A stretch of 64,000 bases of DNA from Chlorokybus atmophyticus (lineage: Eukaryota; Plantae; Mesostigma and Chlorokybus algae), in NCBI GenBank assembly GCA_009103225.1, contig RHPI01002888.1, positions 232,189-296,188 of the forward strand. Direction: 5' to 3'. The position numbers were made by a program, and so were the translations under genes. How positions within the stretch are numbered: the stretch's first letter is position 1; each line of letters opens with the position of its first letter. This document shows, one piece after another, positions 25,001 through 42,513 of the stretch. The notes beneath the pieces were generated by a model. The model was not told the origin of the DNA. It did not search any database and saw only the letters and a program-made list of their open reading frames with translations.

Positions 25001-28000
25001 TGATTGCACCGAGCATAGGTATGTGGACATGTGGGTGGGTGGGTGGGTGGGTATGTGGGGTGACCAACTTGGGTTTACCAACAGGGAGGCCTGTGGTGGA
25101 TGGGTTCACGGCGTTTCGGTGTACTTCGGATGGGGTGTGGGGACGGCTGTTCGCGCTGGACTTGGTCAACACCGTGTGGGCTGACACCGCGGGTGAGATG
25201 GCGTGCGTGCGTGTGTGTGTGTAATCAAGTAGTATCATCACATCATACCATAGCACATGCAGAGCACTGATGCCATACACGACTCTGAAACACAGTCTCT
25301 CTCAACTATTTGGCACACGCAGAGGGCGTCCAGATCGCTGGTCAAGGCGGCCACCCTCCCCCCGGCACCATCCAACTCATAGACTCCCTCTTCATCGGAT
25401 CCACGGGGAACCCCGGCTCCCCCGTCACGCCGGACTCGACGAGACAGAGCTGGGACGCGGCGCAAGGGAGGAGCGTGGCGCCGGGGAGCAGGTTCTGGCA
25501 AGTGGGGTGGAGGATGTATGATGGACCGATGCTATTGAAGGGAGTGAGGTGAGGAGGGGGGAAGTGTGTGTGTGTATGTTTGTCTGTCTGTCACGCGCGT
25601 ATGCACGCATGCAAGTGTCTGAATCACCCACAGCCACATGCGTGCGTGCGTGCGCGTGCGTGCGTGCGTGTGGGCGTTGGTGTGTCTGTGTGTACACATA
25701 CACTCACATGTTTATAGACATGTGTATACATACACACACTCACACCTAACCCACACACATGTCTCACCACAACACCCCTCACATCCCCCCCCTTCCCCAG
25801 GTTCGACCGTTTCCTCACTCCCTCCAACGCCGCCTTCCCCTCTTCGGCGATGGGTCCCCGTTTCTACAACTCCTTCTTCATGCACACGGCCACCTCCCTC
25901 CTCGCCACCTCTTTCGGTCCCTCCATCGACAAGGTGCTGTACAACCCCGACACGTCCGGCGACGGCGGGAAGGTCACTACATTGGTCGACGTGGATGGGA
26001 GTCTGACCAACAGGGCTGGGAGTACTGTGCTACCAGCGATGTGGAAGTTCTATCAGACTGCTGCGTGTGGGGTGGATGAGAGTATGGGGATGATATGTCC
26101 ACATACTTACGCGAATGGCGAAGTGACTTGTCTCGAAGCCAACTGCGCCGATGATAATCTACTCTACATGATAAGGAGTAACTTCCCTGCGAGGGACTTG
26201 CCCAGCTACAGGGATTATACGTTGTCTTTGATGGGTGGTGGGGGAAAGTATCAGCCGATTTGGTCTGTGGGAGCGAGCTATTTGTTGTACTATCAGAAGA
26301 GGGCGCCCGCGTCGGTGATGCTGCAGTTGAACAGCGCGCAGAAAGGGGATTTTGTGGAGATCGCGATGTGTTACCCGAATGGGACGAACGTGTCGGCGGT
26401 GTACAGAGGACAGGTGGGAAAGTGTGTGTGGGGCTCTACGATGCGCATCAGCATGGGCTTTTTGTCTGTCTTGCGCTGCGCGCAGACNNNNNNNNNNNNN
26501 NNNNNNNNNNNNNNNNNNNNNNNNNNNNNNNNNNNNNNNNNNNNNNNNNNNNNNNNNNNNNNNNNNNNNNNNNNNNNNNNNNNNNNNNNNNNNNNNNNNN
26601 NNNNNNNNNNNNNNNNNNNNNNNNNNNNNNNNNNNNNNNNNNNNNNNNNNNNNNNNNNNNNNNNNNNNNNNNNNNNNNNNNNNNNNNNNNNNNNNNNNNN
26701 NNNNNNNNNNNNNNNNNNNNNNNNNNNNNNNNNNNNNNNNNNNNNNNNNNNNNNNNNNNNNNNNNNNNNNNNNNNNNNNNNNNNNNNNNNNNNNNNNNNN
26801 NNNNNNNNNNNNNNNNNNNNNNNNNNNNNCCCCCCCCCCCCCCCCCCCCCCTCTTCAACAGGGTCTCTACGCCGACGCCATCCGTTCTCCCCTGCCCCCC
26901 TCCCCTTCCCTCTCCTCCATGCGCTCCTCCAACGGCTCTTCATATGTTTATGACACCCAGCGCTCCATACTGGTAGTCCGTATCATGCAACGCGCTTCAA
27001 GGAAACTGCCCCTCTACTGGGACATGAACATGGACTTCTGTCCGAGCCAGGGGTGCGACTACGTGGTGGTCAATGTGAATCTGCCGAATAGGACGGTCGG
27101 GGAGAGTGAGCTCGACTGCTCGACGGAGGCGTATAACGCGGGGTATGGGGCGGGGAGTTTGAGGAGGGAGGATGGGTGGTTGACGACGCCAGCAAAGCCG
27201 GTGGTGAGTCAGAGTTGTGGGAGAGTTGTAGTACACGGGATAGCATGCAGGTGCACATGTGCACTTGCACGCACGTGCGCGCACGTGCGCGGTGCGTGTG
27301 CGCACGCACGCGTGCCCTCGCATGCACGCACCCGCCCGCACGCACGCATACACGCATGTTCACACGCGTATGCGCACACCCACACCCACACCCATGAGCT
27401 CACTTGTCCATCCCCCTCTGTGACCCAGGGCAAGATTTCGGTGCCGTACCAGGCTCCCTTGCGCGCGTACGCGTGCGGCGGCTTCTGCCTGTTTGTCAAC
27501 GCGGGCGGGGCGGGCGCGGACGCGTTCCAGGACGACTTGGGGGCAGACTGGGTAGCAGACAGGTGAGAGAGCGAGAGAGAGAGAGACACTCGTGTGCACA
27601 CGCACGCACACAGGATGCACACGCGCAAGCATACATTCAACATTCACGTTGTTGTCTTCATCATTGTGTACGATCCATCCACAGGGGTTTCACTGGGGGA
27701 TACACTACGAGCCGTAACAGCGCCGTATTCGGGGTCGAGGACGGGAGCGAGCCGGTGAGTTGCACACACACACACACACACACACAAAATGTCATATCAA
27801 TGCCAGGATGTTGGTGGTGTTGTCAATAGAGATTGTTCTGAATATGTCTGTCAGGTTTACTTCACCGCAAGGGAGGGCGGCATGTCGTACACCTTCGATG
27901 TGCCGAACGGCAGCTACCAAGTGGGCCTACACTTTTCCGGTACGCGTGCGTGTTTATATGCATGTGCATACATGTCATTCGCCGACTGTGTGTTGAAACT

Positions 28001-30002
28001 GCCTTCGAGAACAGCTTGTGCGGGAAAGGTCGCTTGTGGCGCAGTCAGAGCACATGCACACATGGACACAAAGACACCTAGACACTCACACACATACACT
28101 GACATACACTGACATACACATATACGTTCACACATGCGCGCATACACGGGTATGCACAGTCACACACGCGCGCATGCGTACACCCACGTGCACACAGTCA
28201 CACACGCACCCACCCACAGTCACGACCGCCCACACAAGCGCGCGCGCGCGCATATACACAATCTCCTACCCGCATGCACACACACACACACACATTCTCT
28301 CATACACAACTGTCCTGTTTCCCTTTCCCTTTCCACACCTCACTCACTCCCACTCTCTCACAACACTCCCTCCCTCCCAGAGGTGTACTGGACCTCCCCT
28401 GGCCAGCGCGTGTTCAACGTCTACGTCCAGTCCGCCCTCGTGCTGTCCCAGTTCGACATCCTCGCGGCGGCGGGCGGGCAGAGGTTCACCGCCGTCGTGT
28501 TCGAGACGATCGCGGTCGTAAGCGACGGACAGTTGACTGTCGAGTTCGAACGCATCGCGGATAACCCAAGGGTGAGTGTGTGTGTGTGTGTCATTGTCGA
28601 GTACACACATGGCTCGCGTGCGCGCGTGGTACGCACGCACGCACGCACGCAGTTGTCACGCGTGTGCGCGTGTGTCGTATGTGCGTGCTCGCATGCGTGC
28701 GCACAGCAATGCCAGAACAGCGATATCGCGAGTGGGTGCGTGGGTGAGACACGTGTGCGCATCGACACACGTACGTGCGCGTGCCTGCATGCCTGCCTCG
28801 ATACTTGTCCTCCACACCCCACAAACACCCCTCTCCCCTCTCTCCCCTCCCCTCCCCTCCCCAGATCAACGGCATCTCCCTCACCCCCCCTCCCGCCGGC
28901 TCCGCCCTCCCCCCTCCCCCTCCTCCACCTCCGGTGCCTGTTGCCGCGACGGACGCCGTGCGGATCGACGTGGGAGCGAGCGCAGGCTCCGTCGACGCGC
29001 TCGGGTTCCAGTGGACGGCGGTGAGAGAGAGGATGATGCGTCCATGTGTATATACATGTGCGCATGCGTGCGTGCGTATCTCTCTGTGTGTGTGTGTGTG
29101 TGTGTGTGTGACGTAACCGTGCCGGTAACTGTACCTCCTCCATCAGGACACGAGCACAGAGGGTACCGTGAGGGTGTTCTCGAACGCGATAGCGGGCGTG
29201 CAGTACGGCCGTGAGAGTCTGTTTCAGGTGAGACAGGGTCATGTGTGCATTTCTATGCTGTGTGCGTGTGCGTGTGCGTGTGCGTGTGCGTGTGCGTGTG
29301 TTCAGCCAACTCAGGCTGATGTTGCTGATACGAGCAGAGCATCCGATTCGGCGCGACACTCACGTACGCCATCAGCGTCGCGCCCGGGACGTACAACGTG
29401 GAGCTCTCCTTCGTGGAGAACTTCCAGACAGCGGTATGAGTGTTGACTGCCACACTGTCTTGTGCAAGCTTTCACACAGAACATGTGCGTGCGCGCGTGC
29501 GTGCGTCCGTGTTTGGCGCAATATGCGTGTCGCGCTCTGCGCTGAGACACAGCAAAAGCGCATACATTGCAATGCACAACATCCGCAATGGGTAGCATTG
29601 TCGTCGTGCAAAGTGCACAGATGCGCACGCACGCGTTTGCACCCACACGCATGCACGCGCGTGCACCCACACTCATACCCACACGCACATGCCCATGCAT
29701 CCAACACATCCACTCACCGACCCACCCATCCTCAGGCCGGCGGCCGGCTCTTCGACATCTACATCCAAACCGCCAAACTCACCTCTTCCCTCGACATCTT
29801 CTCCGAATCCGGCGGCCGATTTGCCGGCCTCGTCAAAGCGTACCCCAACATCCAGGTTTCATCAACCACAGGAGGGAAGGTTACAATCAGTTTGCAAGCC
29901 GTCAAAGACAACACGTCGATCGCGGCGATACAGATCACGAGGAAGATCGCGAACACGGCGAGTACGAGCGTGCACACGACGGAGGAGACGCTCGTGACGT
30001 GA
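22063..30002 (+). CDS. Secreted G8-domain / parallel beta-helix protein of the CEMIP-TMEM2 type with two C-terminal malectin domains (about 21 exons, roughly 1,250-1,300 aa by manual estimate)
   Basis: Signal peptide MTLRRHQATISLLSLLFLFFTLFVTLTLA. G8 domain: ITIPPNTHLLFD...GALQVGAENCPF...KCLAVLSGGSLDLHG. CEMIP/TMEM2-type motifs: GDVVVVGSTDYDPGQAEE, PLQYLHYGE, VALLSRSI, GRYPFHFHL, RAYTIHGT, HAFFLEDASEFGNILDSNL, SGFWITNANNSFTNNIAAGSEGAGFWF, RMYDGP, DVDGSLT, FCPSQGC. Malectin 1: FVNAGG...SYTFDVPNGSYQVGLHFSEVYWTSPGQRVFNVYVQ...DIL...DNPRINGI. Malectin 2: RIDVGA...LFQSIRFG...GTYNVELSFVE...GGRLFDIYIQ...IAAIQI. Confidence 0.9.
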
Positions 30003-30493
30003 TGAGAGAGGATGAAGAGGTGTTTGGGTGTTGTGGTCAGAAAGGGTTTGATGTGAAGCCTTGGCACGACATCGGTGGTTGTGTTGCGGGTGAGGGTTAA
30101 ACTGAATTTTGTAGGGTTCTATTTATTATTTTTGGCTGCCAGTCCACTGAAGTGGCAGCGGTTGACATTACCAGTAATTGATAGATGGATTATTCCTTTA
30201 TGCTAGCGTTCAGGTTGATAGCACCTGCAAGACCAGCATAGAGATGGTCATTGTAGGCTGCATACAGCGAGTTGAAACCAACATTGGTTTACCAAAAGCT
30301 GACTTTAAGGTGTCAATTACCACCATCACGCTGTGTCTTGCCAGGCCTTCCTAGCACGTATGAATGTGCATGCGAGTGAGTGAGTGAGTGTACAGTGCGC
30401 TCGGAGTGTATACACAATGTGCGTGCAACCGTAACACACAACAGTAGAACCGTGAAACCATTTACAACACCACGCTCACCAACACCATTCTTA

Positions 30494-35726
<5,233 letters not shown>

Positions 35727-36698
35727 ACAGTACGATCGTTGCTAGTGACTGAAGCAATACTGAATACTGCAGTGTATGTCCGTTTCATTGCGTGCATGTA
35801 TGGGCATGCATGTGTGCGCATGTAAACGCCTGATCGTGCGTGCGTGCGCGCGCGTGCGCGTATGTATATGTGCTTGTACGCGTGCATGTGTGCAGAAAGG
35901 TGTATGTTCCTGTGATAGCATACACATGTGCGCGCATATGTGAGTGCGCATGCTTGCTATTTCTGTACTCTGGAGCAGCTCAGGCATGCTCAGTAATAAC
36001 AGTCGAACCAGATTACACAACTGAAGTCTTCAACTGGACGGTAACAACAAGCATGCATTGACTGAATGTCTACTTGCAAGCATGCATTACAAGCATGCAT
36101 TACAAGCATGCTTGCACGCAGACATACATGCATACTATAACAAGTTGACTGACAAGAAGGAGATAGAGGCCTGCTCGTCAACTCGATGCTACCTGGCTAA
36201 CATGCATGTGCAGCTAACATGCGTGTGCACTCTAGATAAGCATCGATGTCAACGGCAACCTGCAGCGGTAATGTGAGATATGAGATGTGTTCATTGCGTG
36301 GTCACATGCACACACACGTGGTCGCACGCACAGTGCAAGTTGCACCTGGGCTGCGACGGCTCCAGTCTGCGGCGGCGGCGGCGGCGGCGGATGCGCCATC
36401 ATCCACTAGCTAGTATTTTGCCCAATGCTGCCAAACACGAAAGATTGATTATGATGCGAGACTAATTATAAACTAACTTGATGGGTCACCCTCACACGCA
36501 TACGCGTAAAACACGCACAAACGCACGCACACAGCCTTCCGCCGCCGCTCCCACAAGCACAGCCAGACAGCTTAGCCAGACCTCAACCGCAAAAGGTTTA
36601 TGCAATAAGCGTGCACGCGAGCCAGGTTGATTGGCAAAAACTGCCTCTGCAGGCAGAAAGGTGGGCCTAATCGCCATGGTTTGAACCAAGGCGTTTGG

Positions 36699-36770
36699 TG
36701 TGGCTGCTGGGATTCGAGCCCAGGTCTCCACGGCCACAACGTGGGATTCTCACCACTAAACTACAGCCAC
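36699..36770 (-). tRNA. trnH-GTG: tRNA-His (GTG)
   Basis: GTGGCTGTAGTTTAGTGGTGAGAATCCCACGTTGTGGCCGTGGAGACCTGGGCTCGAATCCCAGCAGCCACA. It has a 7-bp acceptor stem, a GTG anticodon and a T-arm CTCGAATC, and closely resembles land-plant cytosolic tRNA-His. A T5 run lies about 60 nt downstream. Confidence 0.97.
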
Positions 36771-37424
36771 GAACGTCGCTGCAATCTCCAACTCAAGAAG
36801 TTATAAATGTTACTGCAGTAGGCAGTACATCATAATGTATGTCGTGCTACATTTCTGCAAATCTCAAGTTGCAATGTAACGTTCCTAATACCTCTTGTGT
36901 CGTTGCATGTATGAAAGTGTAGAAATGTTAATGACAGGTTACGCAATGTAAGTAATACTCATAAAGGATAGGATGGGGTAACAACGAGGCAAAGGAACGA
37001 GAGCATGCAACCGAAGGTTCATTAATAACATAAGTAGTATAGTAATATGTTATTAGTATAACAATATAACTTACAGGCAGGGAAACCAAGCTTTGGTGCT
37101 TTGTTTTTACTAATATATACGCATGGAAAACAATGTAAGCATTTTCACGTTTCAATACTGTATCATATACCTTTATCGATCGATATGTGTGGTGCGTGGG
37201 TCATTTCTTTCGAAATTACTTGATAGAGCAGCACAACAGTCGATTTACAAACATTTTGGCTGCGTGCAATGATTGCACGCATTCACATATTCATTTGTGC
37301 TATACCGCAAGTCATGTTATTGCTGCTTGCGCACAGCTACATGCCCATATTCATGGCCATAGGTTTCGGTGGTGTTGAGGTTATGATTGTACCAAGAATG
37401 AGGGGAGGTGGCATGTACGACTAT

Positions 37425-37426
<2 letters not shown>

Positions 37427-37501
<75 letters not shown>

Positions 37502-37545
37502 CGCTCTCTCGCGCTCTCCCTCTCGCTCTGTGTGTGTGTGTGTGT
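37427..37545. repeat. Compound (TC)n(GC)n(TG)n microsatellite
   Basis: Visible directly. Confidence 0.95.
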
Positions 37546-38798
37546 ACATGAGATGGAAGAGGGAATCCATACATGGCAACCTACGTGCACATGCAATGTC
37601 ACAAACACCACAAGCACTCACCAACTCGACCACCGGGCCTAAGCGCCTGCATGCTACTTACCAACTACTTCCAACTCTACCACTACTGCCCTCCTATGTG
37701 CGTGTACGAACAATCTGAAACGGAAATGCACATGCATAGTGGCATGCACAGTCAGCAGCATGCAGAGTGACATAGCGCATACCAACAACACCATTGTAAG
37801 GTTGACCACCGGGTTCATTTACTACCTAACACACGTGACCGTCATTGCATGTGTATATGCATTCCCTTGTGTGCTGGTTGCATCCATACAACTGCCTCGA
37901 GCATATTCTGTACACTACACTCGTGCTTGGGACAGGTAATGATGCTTACGAACATGCATGCATGTGTGGTGCACGGGGTTTGGGCCGTAGGAGTAGTAGG
38001 CTAGGTAGTGTTCTACTTGGTGTGATTGCTTAGCCCGATGGTGTATATACTGGCTAGCGTCTGCGTCTCACGTGTGCTATGCATATGACTTGCTGTTGGG
38101 TGCAATACACCTTGTGCATGCCGCTAGTTGTGCCTTAGATCTTTATACACTACCCTTACTACCCCGTTGTAAGGGTAAGCACGAGGCTGTTATATGTGTG
38201 TGTATATGGGGTGCTGCATCACACATGCTGTATGTATGCTGTGTGTGTGTACATAAATCTTGAGTATCAGTGGAAATGAGCGCATCATATGCATTGCGGT
38301 AGTGTGACCAATGTAACATGCATGACACATACATGAGTAATCCACACACACGGTATGAGCCCGTGTGGGCAGGTGAATACTTGGCGACATGCATGCTAGT
38401 GTGCACTAACGGGGTAGGGTTTTTTTCCTCAGGTAGAGTTAGCAGCAGCCTGGTGGTATGAGGTATTGGCTGGGCATTGCATGTGCCTTGTGCCGAGTGT
38501 GGTGTATGACATTGAGTGTGCGTGACTCGTTGCATGCTACTAATGTAGCATACTATCTCTTATACGCCAAAACAGCGATTTGACAACCACCGGGCTATGT
38601 GTATAAACAGTGCGCAGTGCGATGTCCATGCATATCCTGCATGGGTATGAGACAAGCCAAGGCATGCAAGCATAGCAGCATCAGAGAGGGGGGGGGGGGG
38701 GNNNNNNNNNNNNNGGGGGGGGGGGGGGGGGGGCATCACCAGATCCAAGACAATAGCTTCGGACAAATGTCCATGTACTATCCATCGTGAAACCTTGA

Positions 38799-41700
38799 TC
38801 ACAAGTCTCTAGGGAGGCAGCGGAAGCTCATTGCTGGTGCGGTGCCCTTCAATGCAAATGCTGCGCGAAAGCACTCTGCCGCCTGCGCCACAACCTCATC
38901 AGCACGCAGCACTGAGATGAAACAGCAACATTGTGAGAAGCTAGCAATAACCTGTACAGCGGAGCCTTCAGCCTTGTGCACCAGCCCCATGTGGTACCAC
39001 GCTTCATACGAGTTGGGGTCCGCACGTAGCGCGTCGGTCAAAAAACACCGTGCAAGCGGCAGACCGTCCACACCTGAGTCGTAGTATAACACGCCCAACC
39101 TTAATGCACTGGGACCAAAGCCAGGCTGCATTGAGAGAGCAGCACTGTATGACTGTATAGCCTCCTGCAGCACCATAAACAGCAAGGTCACATTCAAAGC
39201 GTAGAAGAAATAACTCTTGTTATGGAAACTGGCTGGACTTGAAGGAGAACCTTGGCAAGGCAAACTCACCTGCTTATGACTCCTTGCCTCTTCCAAAGCA
39301 CCCTGTGCATGATGAGCACCTGCACACGCCACGCAGTTCAGATAAGGGCTTGACTACACCAACCAAAGACATGAAGGATATTGCTCCGCGTGCGCACACA
39401 TGCACAGCAGTACATGCAGAGCGCATGTCATGTGGACTACAGAGACCAAGCACCACTAATGTTGGTTACCTGCTGAGTGCGGTGTGAGTGTAAGTGCACG
39501 CTCGACAAACACCTCAGCATCTGCTGTCTGCTGAAGGGAAGTGTAGAGTGCTGCAATTGCCTGTAAAAAAAGGAGGTTCAAGTCATCAACAGCAAATTAG
39601 TCAGAACAATTAAAACAATTAAACTCATGACCACAGCAATTCTTGCAGCAGTAGGTGCTGGGTTTGTGGTCAACAAGGCACAAGCGCATGCAACGAGTAT
39701 TAAGAGCGGCTTTCCACGGTTATGCACCTGACAAACAGCAGATTCCAACTCGCGCGCATTCACACGCAAGCCGCCATCAGCAAACCAGAACGCTTCGGTT
39801 GCGCCGCTGCGACTCACGTCCTCTGCAGGTGGGGGTTGTAGTATGGAAAGCACCTGAGAGACACAAGACTGTAATATGATCACACTTGTGCAGATGCAAC
39901 ACCAGCTATGCATGCAACTCCAACGCTGCCAACTGTTGGTTTCTCTTGTGTTGTATTGTGTTGTAGTGGGCACCAACCGACATTACATCTCGGGGCAAGT
40001 TATGGAGGTGGTCTAACTCGCTGAACATGCATGCGCAGGGCCACAGTGTCATCATTCAGCCATGACGTGGGACAGAAAGATATGCCAGACAGTGCACTCG
40101 CAACGATGTGACCTGTATTACGGACTACTGACGACGTATGTATGTTGGCACATGCAAAGATCAGTATGCCGGTATGCACAGTTGCACTCGCCTCATGGTC
40201 TTGGCATGCAAGGTTAACAACCAATGATGAACATTGCATGAAGATGGAATCACGATGCTCCTCACCTGCTGATACGTGCGGAGCGCCTGTGCCGGTTTGC
40301 CATCAGCGGAGAGCACAGCGGCTTTGACACGCAGCGCGTCTACCAGGCGAGCATCGTCTGCTGCCTCAGCAGCAGCGGCCTCGGCTGCAGCAATAGCATC
40401 GCTGAACTTTTCCCTTGCTGCGAGATCAAACCAACACTTTAGGGTCAAGCTATGCTTCATGGCATAGCAATGCTGATGCTGCCTGCACTTGCAATGCAGA
40501 ATGAGTGCCGCAGACCAGCAACTGCACAATTGTTGGAGTACCGAACAGGTTTAGTACCCAAAGCTCCTAGTGCTTCAGGTGTATTAGCAATATAAGCAAT
40601 CAATGTTGCATAACAGCAAGCAGTACCACTGGTTTGCAATTGACACAGGCCAGTGGTACTCCTTGACGTCACGTATGCTGACCTGAGAGGCAGAGTGCAA
40701 GCAGCAGCCACGCAGAACCATGGGCCCCCCCAGAAAGCGCAATTGCTTTGCGTGCTGCACTCACAGCATGGCCAATCCTCCTGGCATCTGCATACTAGCA
40801 GCCAAACATGTCAACACCACGTGCATGGTTTGATTTGCATACAATCAATGCTAGGCTTGTGGTGCTGATGGCAGTCAGACTGACCGAACAGCCCTACCTA
40901 ATGACATTTGCAAGACTTGGCAGAGGCAACTTGCAAACATCCGGCTTTGGATGCACCGAAGTTTGCATGCATTGGGCTCTGTTCCCACCTGCAAGGCCAG
41001 GTGGTATTGTATCTGCGGGTCGGATGGCTCCATGGCAGCAGCCTTCTGTAGCGCGTCCAATGCTTGCTGCACATTGCGCTCCCTTGCAGCATCGGAGACT
41101 GCTGTGGCCGCCTGAGCACCCATAATGACACCATACACCTCCAAGCACTTGCCCTGGCATTGCGGCAGGAGGTAGTGAACAAACAGTTGATGATGACGCA
41201 ACCGACTTGGTCTTTTCCACCGGCAAACCCCTTACAACGCATACCTTCAAGTAAGCCTCAGACCCTTTGGCCTTGACCAGTGCAGCCTCAGCATACTTTG
41301 CAGCTTCAGGCAGAGTTTCAGGGCTGTTAAGGTTGATGTGTAGTCAGCCATGCGGGCAGGCTTGCCAACATGCAAAGCATGCAGCGAATGACACAACAGG
41401 AGAGAAGGTGCAATTGGTCGGAACCGCCACCTGCGAGAGGACACGCGTGCTGCCAGCAGCAGGAAGCTTGCTGGGTTGGGAAGGTCTTCCAGCTGGAGAA
41501 CCATCCTGAGGATGGTGAGGGCCCTGCGGTACCGCCCGGCTGAAACCAGCGACAACGCAAACCCATAGTACCAGTCTGCCATGCCCTTATCGCCTGGCAA
41601 ACCACGCTCATATGCCTCCTGAAGTGCAATGCATACGCTTGAGAAGTGTGTGAGGCACTGCTTGTCAACTTGAATCTGGGGGTGCAGCTGGTGCTGCACC

Positions 41701-42513
41701 CACAAACAAACCCAACAAACAACAACAGTTTTGCAGGACTCGAGTGACTTGCAACAGGACTATGTTGTGAGGTCTGCCCGATAAAAAACCAGAGTGCATA
41801 TAATGTTGTAGGTGTATGTATTACATGTGTGCTGCATACAAGCTTATGCTATGCAACCCACCGACAGTGCAGAGAAGGCGCCACCTCTAGCAAGGGCTTG
41901 CACAAGGTGCTGATGGGCCACGGGGTCATTGCGAACTGAAAACTTGTCGCCAGACTCGTACAGCAATAGCAACAACGCTGCATCTGATGCCCTGTTGACG
42001 ACATCTGCTCCTTCACCTGCATGTGCATGTGATCTCCACTACGTGTGAGCGTGTACATGACATTGTGCTGATGTGTAGAAGTCACATGTACACGCACATC
42101 CTTGCATGCTAAACATGTTTGCTATGCATGGCATGCATGCTCTTGAACTACAAGTGAGATTGCTCGTGCTGAAAGCCTGTGACATCACAATAAAGAGCAG
42201 CAGACGGTGTGCATGGAGAGAACAATGCACCATGCATTAGATCGCCATATGCCATACATGTGCTGCTTTTTGTCCGCATGCAACAAACAATAATATGCCA
42301 TTGTTGCCTGCGTTTCTTGCATGACGTTGCGTTCTGTCATTACGACAGAACGCTAGGAGCTTAGACACGCATATTTAATCACTTTGCAACAAACCGCTGA
42401 GTCAACTCACCGTAAAGCAGCTCGATGGCAAGCTCCTTCATGCCTTGTCTCCGTCTGGCTGGTTGTGCTGCCGCTTGCAGCTCGGCCCGCAACCTGGACG
42501 TCTTCTCGCTCAT
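38799..42513 (-). CDS. NPG1/NPGR-like TPR protein (TTC7/Ypp1 family, PI4-kinase complex scaffold)
   Basis: MSEKTSRLRAELQ...AIELLY|GEG...DAALLLLL...DPVAHQHLVQALAR; ADWYYGFALSLVSAGRYRRALTILR; AMEPSDPQIQYHLALQ; AWFDL; C-terminal LARCFLTDALRADPNSYEAWYHMGLVHKAEG...AAECFRAAFAL, which resembles the plant NPG/NPGR C-terminus. Confidence 0.85.

Noticed and set aside
22239-29713. Many His/Thr/Ala/Arg- or Cys/Val-rich ORFs (HTHARTH, CVCVRACV)
   Set aside because: They are read-through of CA/TG/CG intronic tracts on either strand and overlap real introns.
22063-30002. Recent bacterial horizontal transfer of the G8/malectin gene
   Set aside because: About 20 spliceosomal introns of host-like composition argue against a recent transfer. 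An ancient one cannot be judged without a phylogeny.
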